Assembly (NCBI GenBank): GCA_030295235.1
Contig: AP026169.1
Location: 744,001-808,000, forward strand
From: Fistulifera solaris
Taxonomy: Eukaryota
Length of the DNA stretch: 64,000 nt
Direction: 5' to 3'
In this document: piece by piece, positions 49,709 to 60,727 of the stretch
Position numbering within the stretch: position 1 is the stretch's first letter
How the letters are laid out: every line of letters begins with the position of its first letter
Position numbers and translations under genes: made by a program
Notes under the pieces: generated by a model
Databases searched by the model: none
Told to the model about the DNA's origin: nothing
The model's input: only the letters and a program-made list of their open reading frames with translations

Positions 49709-50042
49709 TTAAAAAGCCGCAGCTTGTCGAGCTTTGGTCCAGATATCGTCTACCTGATCTCTAAGCTTTTGTGCTTCTTCCTTGTTTCCGCGGCCCTCAT
49801 GGTAAGGGATTTGTGCTTCTAACTTTTGAACTTTCTTGGCGTCTTTTCTAAGATGTGAACGAGAGAGGGACAAGGATTAGCGACGGCGTATCCAGACAGT
49901 CAAGGACGGCAATGAAGTCAAGCAAACGGAGCGTATAGGAAGATACAGAACTCAACAGCCACACAGAAAGAAGCAATGGTTCACCACAAACTTACTTGTT
50001 GAGAACAACCTCTTCACTTGCTTTCGACTTTGGCTTGGCCAT
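49709..50042 (-). CDS. Small 61-aa hypothetical protein, 2 exons (50042-49996, 49847-49709)
   Basis: ATG in CAAACATGG context, GTAAGT donor, CTAAT branch point, TAG acceptor. Spliced frame is open: MAKPKSKASEEVVLNKKDAKKVQKLEAQIPYHEGRGNKEEAQKLRDQVDDIWTKARQAAAF*. Confidence 0.75.
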
Positions 50043-50744
50043 GTTTGTGTTGTATTAGTCTGTTGACGGCTGACGTTAAAGTTTCGCTTTCGTGACGATC
50101 ACGAGGAAAAAAGATTTATGAGAGATCGGGACGATTGCAATTCGTTCCCAACAAGATCAAAGAACAACGCACGAGAAAGATCGCTGTCGTGCAGAATCGC
50201 TTGCTTTTACGCACCTTTCCTGGAAAAACGTAGAACGGTATCTTTTGATTTCACGTCATTTTTTACACGAACAAGTAGGAAAAATCCGAAGTCAAAGAGT
50301 TCCACAGAACATGTCTATAGTGTCACTATCTCGACATCACCGTGTCAGAACAAGTTTTAGTCGCCAGTATAGTTTAACGCCGCTAATTGCATTTGTAGGA
50401 AATGACTGTTTATCCACGGCTGTTAAATCGTATCGTTCTTGTGATTGCCCGCGAAGGTGCGAGTATACGACGAGAAGTGCTCTCCATTCGTGTGATCGTC
50501 AGTAGGTTTGAGTACTAAGGCTCTTTTGGTTCTATAGTAAAATGACACTATCAGACAAGATGTAAATGGATTGGTTAGCGAAGCAGTCGCAAAGTTCCAC
50601 GAGGAAAACACCCGTTCCCCTCTTCTCGTTTGATGCCCTTCAGCTCTTCTGTGTAATCCAGCACGATCTTTGTCTCATAAAACAAAACTCATTTCCAATT
50701 TAAAACGTTAATATTCCCCTTCAACCCAAAAAACAACTGCTACC

Positions 50745-52970
50745 ATGGGACAGTCTCAGTCCTCTCACACTCAGGATATCCACAAAGCTTCTTCTGTGAA
50801 GAAGTCTCTACCTGAAAGTGTGAGAGGACGGAAATCTGTCGAAAATTTGAACAAACCAGCTCCGCAGCGCCTTCATTATGTGGTTCATGAAGGACACTTG
50901 CCGGACTTTGATGACACTTCGGTCGACCACTCGTCGTTCCAAGGTGATGATGACTTTCATTTGTTTCATCACGATTTTCACAACATTGCGCATTTAGAGG
51001 AACTCGAAGAGGTAACCGAAACAGACTCGGAAAGTGATTTTGAAGACAACGAGGGTAAGTAAGAAAGAAAGGCTTAGTAGTTTCGGTTTGATACCAAGCA
51101 TAACTCAAATTGATTGTTTCTCACAGAGGATGAAGAATGGGAGGAACGTCTCCGCATTCTTGAGGATGCCCGCAAGATGAAGCAGGTAGCTGAATTCTTT
51201 CTTCACCCGGAACTTGCTGTGAAGGAAAGCTCCGATTGCAAGGCGCGCTGCTTCTTCGATCGCGTGAGTGCTCCCGAACGCTTGACGGTCGAAGAGGCAA
51301 AAGAGCATAACCAGATCATGGAAGACCTCAAGATTCTGAAGCAAACCGCTGCAGCATTTATGCACCCCGAACGCCCCATCGAAACCACAGATCCAGCATC
51401 GTGTGCACGCAACTACTTTTTCTCGCGCTTCGGCTCCTCCGCAAGAGAGTGTCGAAGACGCCGAAGAGCGGGCAGAGATCATGAATGACATTGCTGCCTT
51501 GAAGATGTTTGCTGGGCACTACATGCATCCGGAAGCTTCTGTGAAGACCACCGATGGTGCTGCTTTTGGTCGCAACTACTTCACTCGGGCGTCTGCTCCG
51601 TTCATGGAAAGTGCTGACGATGGCGAGGAGCGTGCACGCATTCTTGCCGATGCTCAGCAGCTGAAGCAACTGGCTGTCGACTTCCAGCACCCTGAACTGC
51701 CCGTGGTGACTTCGGATGCTACGGCCTTCGGACGCAATTACTTTAGCCGGCCTTCGGCACCCGAGTGTGATGCTTCGGATGCTATCCAAGAGCGCGACGC
51801 CGTATTGGCCGATGCTTGCCAGATGAAGGAGCTCGCTGGTCATTTCATGCACCCGGAGAATCCCGTTGTCGTGGACCCTGCTGTTTATGGACGCAACTAC
51901 TTTTTCTCGCGCTTCGGCTCCTCCGCAAGAGAGTGTCGAAGACGCCGAAGAGCGGGCAGAGATCATGAATGACATTGCTGCCTTGAAGATGTTTGCCGGG
52001 CACTACATGCATCCGGAAGCTTCTGTGAAGACCACCGATGGTGCTGCTTTTGGTCGCAACTACTTCACTCGGGCGTCTGCTCCGTTCATGGAAATTGCTG
52101 ACGATGGCGAGGAGCATGCACGCATTCTTGCCGATGCTCAGCAACTGAAGCAACTGGCTGTCGACTTCCAGCACCCTGAACTGCCCGTGGTGACTTCGGA
52201 TGCTACGGCCTTCGGACGCAATTACTTTAGCCGGCCTTCGGCACCCGAGTGTGATGCTTCGGATGCTATCCAAGAGCGCGACGCCGTATTGGCCGATGCT
52301 TGCCAGATGAAGGAGCTCGCTGGTCATTTCATGCACCCGGAGAATCCCGTTGTCGTGGACCCTGCTGTTTATGGACGCAACTACTTTTTCTCGCGCTTCG
52401 GCTCCTCCGCAAGAGAGTGTCGAAGACGCCGAAGAGCGGGCAGAGATCATGAATGACATTGCTGCCTTGAAGATGTTTGCCGGGCACTACATGCATCCGG
52501 AAGCTTCTGTGAAGACCACCGATGGTGCTGCTTTTGGTCGCAACTACTTCACTCGGGCGTCTGCTCCGTTCATGGAAATTGCTGACGATGGCGAGGAGCG
52601 TGCACGCATTCTTGCCGATGCTCAGCAGCTGAAGCAATTGGCTGTCGACTTCCAGCACCCTGAACTGCCCGTGGTGACTTCGGATGCTACGGCCTTTGGA
52701 CGCAACTATTATGATCGCCCTGCTGCAATTGGTCACTTTGAAATGATCCATACTTTCGCCCCACATGATCACGACGAGTACCATGATGATGAACACGAGG
52801 AACATTTCGGGTGGGATGATGAAGCTCACTTGTTTGATGACATCCGTCAGAACCTACATGTGCCATCTGGTTCCACCGGAAAGCACGGCCCGAAAGGAGA
52901 TGACGAGAGCAATCTTTCACGCTCCCCTTCTTCGGTCATGCTCTTTACAGGCGAATCTGCCTATGATTAG
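50745..52970 (+). CDS. Repeat protein with (F/Y)xHPE...GRNYFxRxSAP units; intron 51055-51126; three +1 frameshifts
   Basis: MGQSQS N-myristoylation-like start, in-frame splice, ~54-aa repeats continuing across the frame breaks. Confidence 0.75.
51408..52708. repeat. 484-bp near-identical tandem repeat (~2.7 copies) inside the repeat-protein gene
   Basis: Identical landmarks at 51417, 51901 and 52385 (period 484). Confidence 0.95.
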
Positions 52971-53236
52971 ATTGCCGGAGCATCGCTTAGCTGTGGTACC
53001 GATGGCTGTGCTTCGAACAAACAACAGAAACAAAAATATGTATATTTCAGCCGTCTGTATTATTAGCTCATTAAAACTTAACGCTACATAAGATTATCTT
53101 ACAAACAAGTACGGACTTTCAAGCTCAGTGATGAGCTCTGAGATCAACGAAGTCGCGCAGCTAAATTCCCGCATTACTGGAAAAATAGAAAGAACGCATG
53201 TTGTATTTAATTTACAATATTATTGATCGACTGTAT

Positions 53237-54515
53237 CTATAAGCACTGGCACTCGTAATCTTCTGGGAAAAAAGCGCGGAAGTAGTCGCATACATCGGCC
53301 AGTTGCTCATCTGGTTCAATTTTCGTCAGGATGAGGTATAATACCCCAGCCGTAGAAAACGAAAGTCCAAGCAGGGACAATGATATCCAAAAGAATCGTG
53401 TACAACAACTTCCTACAGGTCCACTGAGAAGTATGACACCGCCCAGAAAGCCAAAGAGGAAGCCCCCACAAGCCCTGACCAGTCTATGTAGGTGAACGCA
53501 CTTAAGATGAAAACCAGTGCCATGCCACACATTGTAGAGCTGATTTGATCTACCCTTACAAGATCGTCGTATCGGTCATCCTTTAGGTCGAAAAGCGAAA
53601 GCGTAATAATTTCTGCCAATTTACCTCCAAACATCCCCATCAAAGCCCCAGAACTTCCAACGGCAATGGTGTCGTCGTCGAAGATCGTGGAACAAAATTG
53701 ACAGCCGACACTGCTCAGCAAGTAAATTACCAACCATCGAAATGAACCCCATTCACGCTCAAAAGAGCAACAGACTCGAGATGACAAAAGCCATTAATGA
53801 CGAGATGAAGAATTCCTACGCTGAGAAGTGATGGTGTCACGAGCCTCCACCATTCATGTTCGCGAATCATGAGATACGAGTTCTTCCCGCCCCATTCGCT
53901 GAACGTTGATGGATAAGGTCCCAGAAATCCATTCACATCAAATGGTGCCATTCCACATAATATCAGCTGAATCACAAGAATGCAAATTTGAGTGGCGACC
54001 AGCAATATTGAAAGCACGGGAACTGATTGCCTTTTTGGATAGTGGTCTTCGCCAGGATCATGTAATAAATTGAAGGAGTCGTCTATTGTGAGATCTCTTG
54101 TCGACGCATAGGACCATGTACTCAGTGTTTCTGAAGGTTCTGGATGCAGAGGTGTGGGAGACTGTTTTTTTTGCCATGGTGATGAAACTAACGCATTACG
54201 CGACGATTGCACTTTGTCGATGGACTGCCCTTCCTTGTTTGCAGCAACACTGCCACGGAGCCGCGATTTCCGGACTCGTCGTTCCTTCCCGTAGGTGTCT
54301 TCACCGACGACAATTCCGACTGTGGGTTCGGATGATATGTAAAGACTTTCCTGAGCTTTAGTGCCGTTGTATTTTCGAGACGATTCGTTTCGCGGTTTCG
54401 CTGAGCTCCTACACCAATCTTCTTCTTCTTCTGTCTGTAGCAAGGCCCTCTTTTTCTTCGCCCACAAGCTTTTACCCGATGGTTCCATCCGTTTATTTTG
54501 CATTAATCGAGGCAT
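53237..54515 (-). CDS. Rhomboid-family intramembrane protease-like protein, frameshifted (~53770, ~53490)
   Basis: EWWRLVTPSLL..GILHLVIN, FEREWG..IYLLSSVG, AVGSSGALMGMFG, YIDWSG. The catalytic His is not evident as assembled. Confidence 0.82.
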
Positions 54516-55091
54516 GACGTTCTATGGAAATTGTATGCCAGAGTCTTTGACTTTGGTCGGAAGAGTCCACTGCCTCTCTCCAGAGATCACTTTGAATAAA
54601 CTAACAAAACTTGTCCTTCTTTTGTTTTGTTCAGCTTCTCTGTTTGGCGCAATGAAATAATCTTAGGGCAGAAGAAAGAATAAAGCGTTCTTTGCTGTTT
54701 TTGACTTTCCGTGTCAATGAAATATCGCCGATCAGTGCCGCTTTTCGTTTCCTCGGCTGGCGCAACAACTCGTCATTTAGTGATCTGGTACCTGAAGCTC
54801 TAAGCAAAATATAAGATACGACGCAGCACACGTTTGATTGGGTTATGTAAAGTACAAGTTGAGTAAACAATTTCCTTGTATATCGACTGTCCCATACCCG
54901 GATGTTTTTTGAGTCGCCAGTCGCCGTGCGAAAAAGAACGATGACACAAATTCAAGTACCTGGTACTTTGTCAACAAAACGACAAAAGCCAACGATCATC
55001 GACCTTTCATTTTAAAACAATTAATATAGCATACTTACAACAGTCGCCCCATCGAAGCAGGTTGAACATTGCTCTACTTCATTAAGCCTCA

Positions 55092-55964
55092 ATGAACGAA
55101 AGAGCGATCCGTCGACTACTTATTTGCGTTACGCTACTCTTTTCTGGCAATTTGCTCTCCAACGCCTTTACTCCATCACGTCATGCTCGAGTTGTGATTT
55201 CCACTCCTCGTCTTGGCCGTTCTGTACCGAAGCCTTCGTTTGTTTTTACAGAAAAATCGTCAGTAAGACACGTCCTCTATTCCCAAAAAGAAGATGAGAG
55301 CGTCACACCTTTTGATTATCGAATCACCGCCACCATGGTGGGCGGTCAAAGTTTACTCATTTTGGGTTCGGTTGTGATTGCGCTGCTCGTCGGAACCCCC
55401 AACTTCGGCCTTGGTCCGGGAATATCATTTAGCTGGAATGCTATCAAAATAGGGATGCTGTATACCCTGCCTTTGGGTGTGTTTGCGTACGTTCTTGACA
55501 AAGTAGAAGCCCGCTTTCCGGCTCTTCAGGATGTCTCCAAAGCGACACAAAGAAGTGTTTTGGCGCTACTCGGAGGGGAATTAAGACCGCTTTTTGCCTT
55601 TACTACGGCATTGGCATTAGGTCTCGCTGCCGGTTTTGGTGAAGAAATGCTATTTCGCGGCATCTTACAATATGAGCTCGCCGGACGTTGCGGAACAGTA
55701 TTGGCTGTTATATTATCCAGCGTTATCTTTGGAGCTTTGCACGCGGTCACTCGACTGTATGCTCTTTTGGCTTGTATAGCATCTGTGTATTTTGGATGGC
55801 TGTACATAGTAAGCAGCAATCTGGCTGTTCCGATTGTGTGTCACGCTTTCTACGACGTCGTTGCGTTGCTCATTGCCCACTGGACCGTTTCCAAAATGAC
55901 CGAGGCGGAACAACGAGAGATCGCTTCGTGGTCAGGTCCTGCTAATAAAACTAATAACGACTGA
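55092..55964 (+). CDS. CPBP/Abi (CAAX protease-like) intramembrane metalloprotease, plastid-targeted
   Basis: GEEMLFRG, FGALH, HAFYD; bipartite presequence SNA-FTP. Confidence 0.9.
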   Translation: MNERAIRRLLICVTLLFSGNLLSNAFTPSRHARVVISTPRLGRSVPKPSFVFTEKSSVRHVLYSQKEDESVTPFDYRITATMVGGQSLLILGSVVIALLVGTPNFGLGPGISFSWNAIKIGMLYTLPLGVFAYVLDKVEARFPALQDVSKATQRSVLALLGGELRPLFAFTTALALGLAAGFGEEMLFRGILQYELAGRCGTVLAVILSSVIFGALHAVTRLYALLACIASVYFGWLYIVSSNLAVPIVCHAFYDVVALLIAHWTVSKMTEAEQREIASWSGPANKTNND

Positions 55965-56067
55965 AATAACTACTTAAACTAATTGACTGGATGATTCTAC
56001 TTCGTAGCAATTATTCAAGCAAATGCGTTGACTTTCGCGACCGAGAAAACTCTAAAATGACGTTCTT

Positions 56068-56700
56068 TCACAAAATCACACAACACCCGCCTTCTGCTCC
56101 ACCCGCTCGTTTATACTGCTTGCGATATCCTTCCAAGTACAACAACTGTTTTTCATTAATGGCGCCTCGACGACGTTCTCGAATGTACGAGACCGCTTCG
56201 ACTGGATCCATGCCTCCAAATTCAATCAAGGCGATAGCAACCATTTGCGGTGCACGTCCTAGACCCGCCACACAATGAACAGCGATGCATGCATTGTCAG
56301 CAGCACCCTGAAAGAAGGTCTTATCGACCAGCTGCAGCCACGCCATGATGATTTCTTTCGAAGGGGACGTGCCATCTTTAAATTCCATCTCATGAAGTCT
56401 GATTCCGGCGTTGGTGAGATCCTCTGATTTATATGTAGGTTCACAATAACGCACAATGTCGGTAACGTGATGCTTTCGCAACTTTTTGATATACAAATGA
56501 AGGTTCCCTTGTCGGGGGGCATCCATAATTAAGAATCGCATTTGCTTAACTTCGATAAAGGTCGGCTCCGTGCCGATAGTCATAGCATTCGCCATCATAA
56601 CGCCGTTTCCCTTTTGTTTCTTTGCTGAGTAATGAATAGAAGTTCCAGGGCGAGAAATCGCTTGAACGTTCACTGCTTGTTCGAGATGTTCCGTTCCCAT
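56068..56700 (-). CDS. PRL: Protein tyrosine phosphatase type IVA (PRL)
   Basis: MRFLIMDAP, VHCVAGLGRAP, RRGAINEKQ, C-terminal CAAX CCVIL. Confidence 0.95.
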   Translation of the reverse strand: MGTEHLEQAVNVQAISRPGTSIHYSAKKQKGNGVMMANAMTIGTEPTFIEVKQMRFLIMDAPRQGNLHLYIKKLRKHHVTDIVRYCEPTYKSEDLTNAGIRLHEMEFKDGTSPSKEIIMAWLQLVDKTFFQGAADNACIAVHCVAGLGRAPQMVAIALIEFGGMDPVEAVSYIRERRRGAINEKQLLYLEGYRKQYKRAGGAEGGCCVIL

Positions 56701-57463
56701 TTAGTTTCACAAACCAGCAAAGACAACTAGTCAGTCACTGAAGCAGTAAATCGATGATCAAAGTAGTACAGCGGCTCGAAAACTGAAAAATAAAAAAGAA
56801 GGAGTAGCACGAGAAAGAAGAAGAAGAAGAAGAAAAAGAAGACACTACCCCGGCTTATCCTTGCTGCACACCAACAAATTGCACAGCTGCGTTAGTAGTC
56901 GCCCAATCCCGGGCGGGGCAGTCGATTTGATAATAGCGCACAGAATGGTGACGCAAAGAGTCTAATACAAAGTTGTTTGCTGATTAGTTTGTCAAAATAA
57001 ACAAGTTGCAAACAACCTAACGAGCTCTGCAAAGAAACGGCTTTTGTGATGAAATAATAATATCGCTGCGTGCGGCAGCGCAACGCGTGAAAAAAAAAAC
57101 CGATGGCAATCGGGGAAGCGCGCGGCGTCGTGGCAGTTGCAGGTTGTAGCATCGAGCAGCGAGCAGCGAGACGCAGAGATGAAAGTAACGGAGTGTCGGA
57201 GTAACCACCAGTTTGTCCGACTTACACACACAGTTTTATACTATGAAACGTGAAAAACGCTACATGTCATAGTAAGAAGAAGCCTGTAACGAAAGTATAG
57301 AGCGAAAAGAAGGATTGGACGGCGTGTGACGTGTGACATCCACGTCTGTCACGAATTCTCTCAGCCACGTTTCATCGTTGTTGACTGACTGTAAGGCTAG
57401 CTATGTAGTAGCTAGTAGGTATAGGATGATTTAAAGTATTGTTTACTCCAGTTAAGCTCTAAA

Positions 57464-58633
57464 CTACTTACGACAAGAGTCCAACAAAGGGAAGATAGCG
57501 TCCGGCATTGGTGTGCAATGGCCTTGGTCTTGTTGCATCAGTGTCTGATAAATATCATTGGCACCGGTAACCCCTGTCAATACTAAAGCCGTAAACATTC
57601 CTGAATCATTTCCAAATTGTATATCGGTGTCCAGACGATCACCAATCATCATAGTGCGACTCAGATTCAAGCCATGTTCGCTCTCTATTAGTTCGGCCAA
57701 AGTCCGACTCGGTTTGCCGACATTCACCGCCACTCGACTTGATGCACACTCCAAAGATTGTACAAGCGAACCATTTCCGGGAATACGCAGCGCATCGGTC
57801 CCTACCAAGTCATACGCATCGCGATTGGTTGCCACGAACAGTGCGTGAGGGTTTTGTTGCAGAATGACAGTCGCTGTGGTTAATTTGCGAAACGAAAATG
57901 TGGGATCATGTCCCACGACAACCGCATCAATATCCTTCGGGAAAGAGTATTGCATCATGTCATGACGATCCATGAAATGTGGCTCATGTGCTGGTGTATT
58001 CACCACATTGAAGCCGGCACTTTGCAATTCGTCGCACAATCCCGGTGAACCAATCACATAGACACGAGCCGCTTTCTCAAGTTGTTGTCGCAAATAGCAC
58101 GCCGCAGCGTAGGCACACCCTACCATTTGTGTATCCTTTAAATGTTCATCATCGATGCGCAACATTTTCGTCAATTTGTGACGCAATTCCGATCGACTGC
58201 TCGAGGCATTGTTGGTGACGAAGAAAACTTGTTTCCCTCGCCGTTGGAGTGATTCAATACATTCTCGTGCTCCTGGAATCACATCCGGTGAGCGATATAA
58301 TACACCGTCACAGTCAAATAAAATATGATCGATGTCTTCTTGAACATAGTCGCATATTTCATTCCGATGCGTCCATAATAATATGGGTACGCGTTGGTGT
58401 TTCATCTTTTCAGCGTTGTTGATTGACGATAACAGTGTTCGCAATCGAACCATTTCGTCTTCCGATTGTTTTTGAATTATTTGTTGAGCATTATTGGGAA
58501 TGGCTCTACTGTCTTGAAAAGTTCCAGGACGAATCGTTGTTGTGTGAATGAATAAGCAAGAACGACGGATCCTTTCGGAACGGCATTTTGTCCTGGAAAG
58601 CCATGTGCGGTAAAAAATGGCTACTGGTACCAT
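57464..58633 (-). CDS. HAD IIA phosphatase (phosphoglycolate / 4-nitrophenyl phosphatase-like); start uncertain
   Basis: FDCDGVLY, FVTNNAS, VATNRD, VGKPS, MIGDRLDTDIQFG, LVLTGV. Confidence 0.9.
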   Translation of the reverse strand: MVPVAIFYRTWLSRTKCRSERIRRSCLFIHTTTIRPGTFQDSRAIPNNAQQIIQKQSEDEMVRLRTLLSSINNAEKMKHQRVPILLWTHRNEICDYVQEDIDHILFDCDGVLYRSPDVIPGARECIESLQRRGKQVFFVTNNASSSRSELRHKLTKMLRIDDEHLKDTQMVGCAYAAACYLRQQLEKAARVYVIGSPGLCDELQSAGFNVVNTPAHEPHFMDRHDMMQYSFPKDIDAVVVGHDPTFSFRKLTTATVILQQNPHALFVATNRDAYDLVGTDALRIPGNGSLVQSLECASSRVAVNVGKPSRTLAELIESEHGLNLSRTMMIGDRLDTDIQFGNDSGMFTALVLTGVTGANDIYQTLMQQDQGHCTPMPDAIFPLLDSCRK

Positions 58634-59324
58634 AGGCCATAGGTCCTTTCGAATCAAAGTCTCGATTTCTCTTTGGTAAATACACTCGAACGTTGGCTGC
58701 GATGTGGATGTGTAGTAGAAGGAAGACAGCAAGTACAAGTAGCACAAACGCACACACGCAATCAAAAATCGTTAGGTGGCTCACGACTGAAATTCAGTCT
58801 TGGAACGTGACATTCTCAATAAAAACACGTTGATGAGGCTCTACTAATGTAGTGAATCCTGCTCATAATACAGGTGTGTTTTTCTAATGATACTAGTCTT
58901 CAGTGGTATCAATGAAAGAATAAACCCAATGCTGTGTCGATAAAGAGTCGTTTGGAGCAGAACGTGCGGCTTTCCGTACGAAAGTTCGAAGATGATTGAA
59001 ATTTAGTCGTGATGAAAAAAGTCGCAGACACTTGGACCACTATCCAAAACGAGTCAACGTTCTATATTTGCTTCCCGACTAGTCTTAATTCATTATAACG
59101 GCATATATTACTTTTGTGTAATCATGACTCTCTTCATTGCTTTCCTAAATCTAGAGAAATGCTTTTTTCCACTAACCCGCGCTGACTAGGTCCCAAGCGG
59201 ACGTTACCTTAATTCCCCAGCAGCCCGCGATTTAAGGGCTATATTTTCTAGCAGTCTCTAGATCTAAATATCTTCTTCACGATATTCAATTTTTCTTTGT
59301 TTTTCGTTATCAAGTACAATTAGA

Positions 59325-60257
59325 CTACAATTCCTCCATCGCTTGTTCCTTCACCACTCCTACATGGCAAATATGATCCAGAACACGGGGCAATGCCACT
59401 TGCAAACTCTGACTCGCTGCCAGCAAATTCGCCAAGAATTCGTCTTGCGTCGGATGTTCTCCATCTACAATATCCGTCACTACTTTGAGTCCCAAAAATG
59501 GCGTATCAAACAATTTACAACTCCACGCAATGGCGGCTGCTTCCATATCTTTGACAGCCGCATCATTCGCCAACATGTGCTTGTCGTCTTCTTCCGTCTT
59601 GTCCAGCGAATTCCCAGTGGTACAGACACCGAGTTTGTATTCCAGTTCGAGTGCCAACACTTCGGCGGTTGTGAAATCCCCGTGTCGACTGGTATCGAGT
59701 TTACCAATGCCGTAGGGAACATAATCGGGAATAGGAATGCGCCGATCGTGATGTGCGACACCTGTCACAACAAAGACGTTGCCAATTTCAGCTCCTTTGC
59801 GTCGAAAACCACCGCACGTTCCGGCGTTGATGAGAATATCTGTGTCGGGTAACTTTTGCAAGGCCAGAAAGGTCGCCAAAGCCGCCGGTACTGTACCAAC
59901 ATTGTCGACACCGGTCTCGTGAACCGTATCTTTGCCATTGGTAATGACAGTGACGGTGCAGTCACCGTGTGGACCTTGGTAGGCTTGAAAGGGTGTATTG
60001 GAGGGAAAAAAGTCGGCTACTAGTTTCAACTGGAGATGCTGAATGAAGGGAGCTGCTTCGGCTTCCATGGCAATGGCGACAATGACACTTTAGAAATGTA
60101 CGTGTTGCATGTGTGAGTGATTAGTGACTTGAATGAAGCAATTATAATCACACACAAACAAGATTTTAGAAAGCGCATCTACTGAGACCCATGAAACAAC
60201 GGAGTATCTTGTTCTTTTTTTTGTAGTACTGCCGTCAACTCACTTTTTAACGGGCAT
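59325..60257 (-). CDS. MTN: 5'-methylthioadenosine / S-adenosylhomocysteine nucleosidase; exon 1 60257-60244, intron 60243-60088
   Basis: MPVKN|VIVAIAMEAEA, GVDNVGTVPA, INAGTCGGF, HHDRRIPIP, TTGNSLD, KDMEAAA, KVVTDIVDG. Confidence 0.92.
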
Positions 60258-60727
60258 TGTTTTCGGGATAGAAGTAGCACCTGTATTGAGAGCAAAAGAT
60301 GTAACAAAGACGAAAAGGAATGCAATAGATAAACGTTGCAATGAAAACGATATCATTGTTGTTTTTTTGTGATGTGTTACTGTGTCTTGGACAACAAAGT
60401 TTAGAACAAGGCGTCGGCACTTTTGATCGCTTTGCGACGCGACGAGGCGTTCGACAGCCTTCCATGGAATGCGGTACTCGACTACTGTAAGTAGTAGTGT
60501 AGGCGTCCTTTCGTTTCGGTACGAAAAAATGAGCCACGTGTTCGTCCGAGTGAGTGTTTCTCACGAAACAAATAAAAAAGTCAGTCACGGCGACGCTTTT
60601 CAATTGCTTGACCTTGGAGGATAATTATTACCAGATAATATACTCCGTACCAAATAATAATGAAGCTACCATAGACGTTACCACCCTCAACAGCAGCCCT
60701 TCTTCTTCTTTTCTACTCTATCGAACA

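Noticed and set aside
51105..52829. Repeated ~200-aa minus-strand ORFs
   Set aside because: Antisense shadows of the plus-strand repeat gene, duplicated along with the 484-bp unit.
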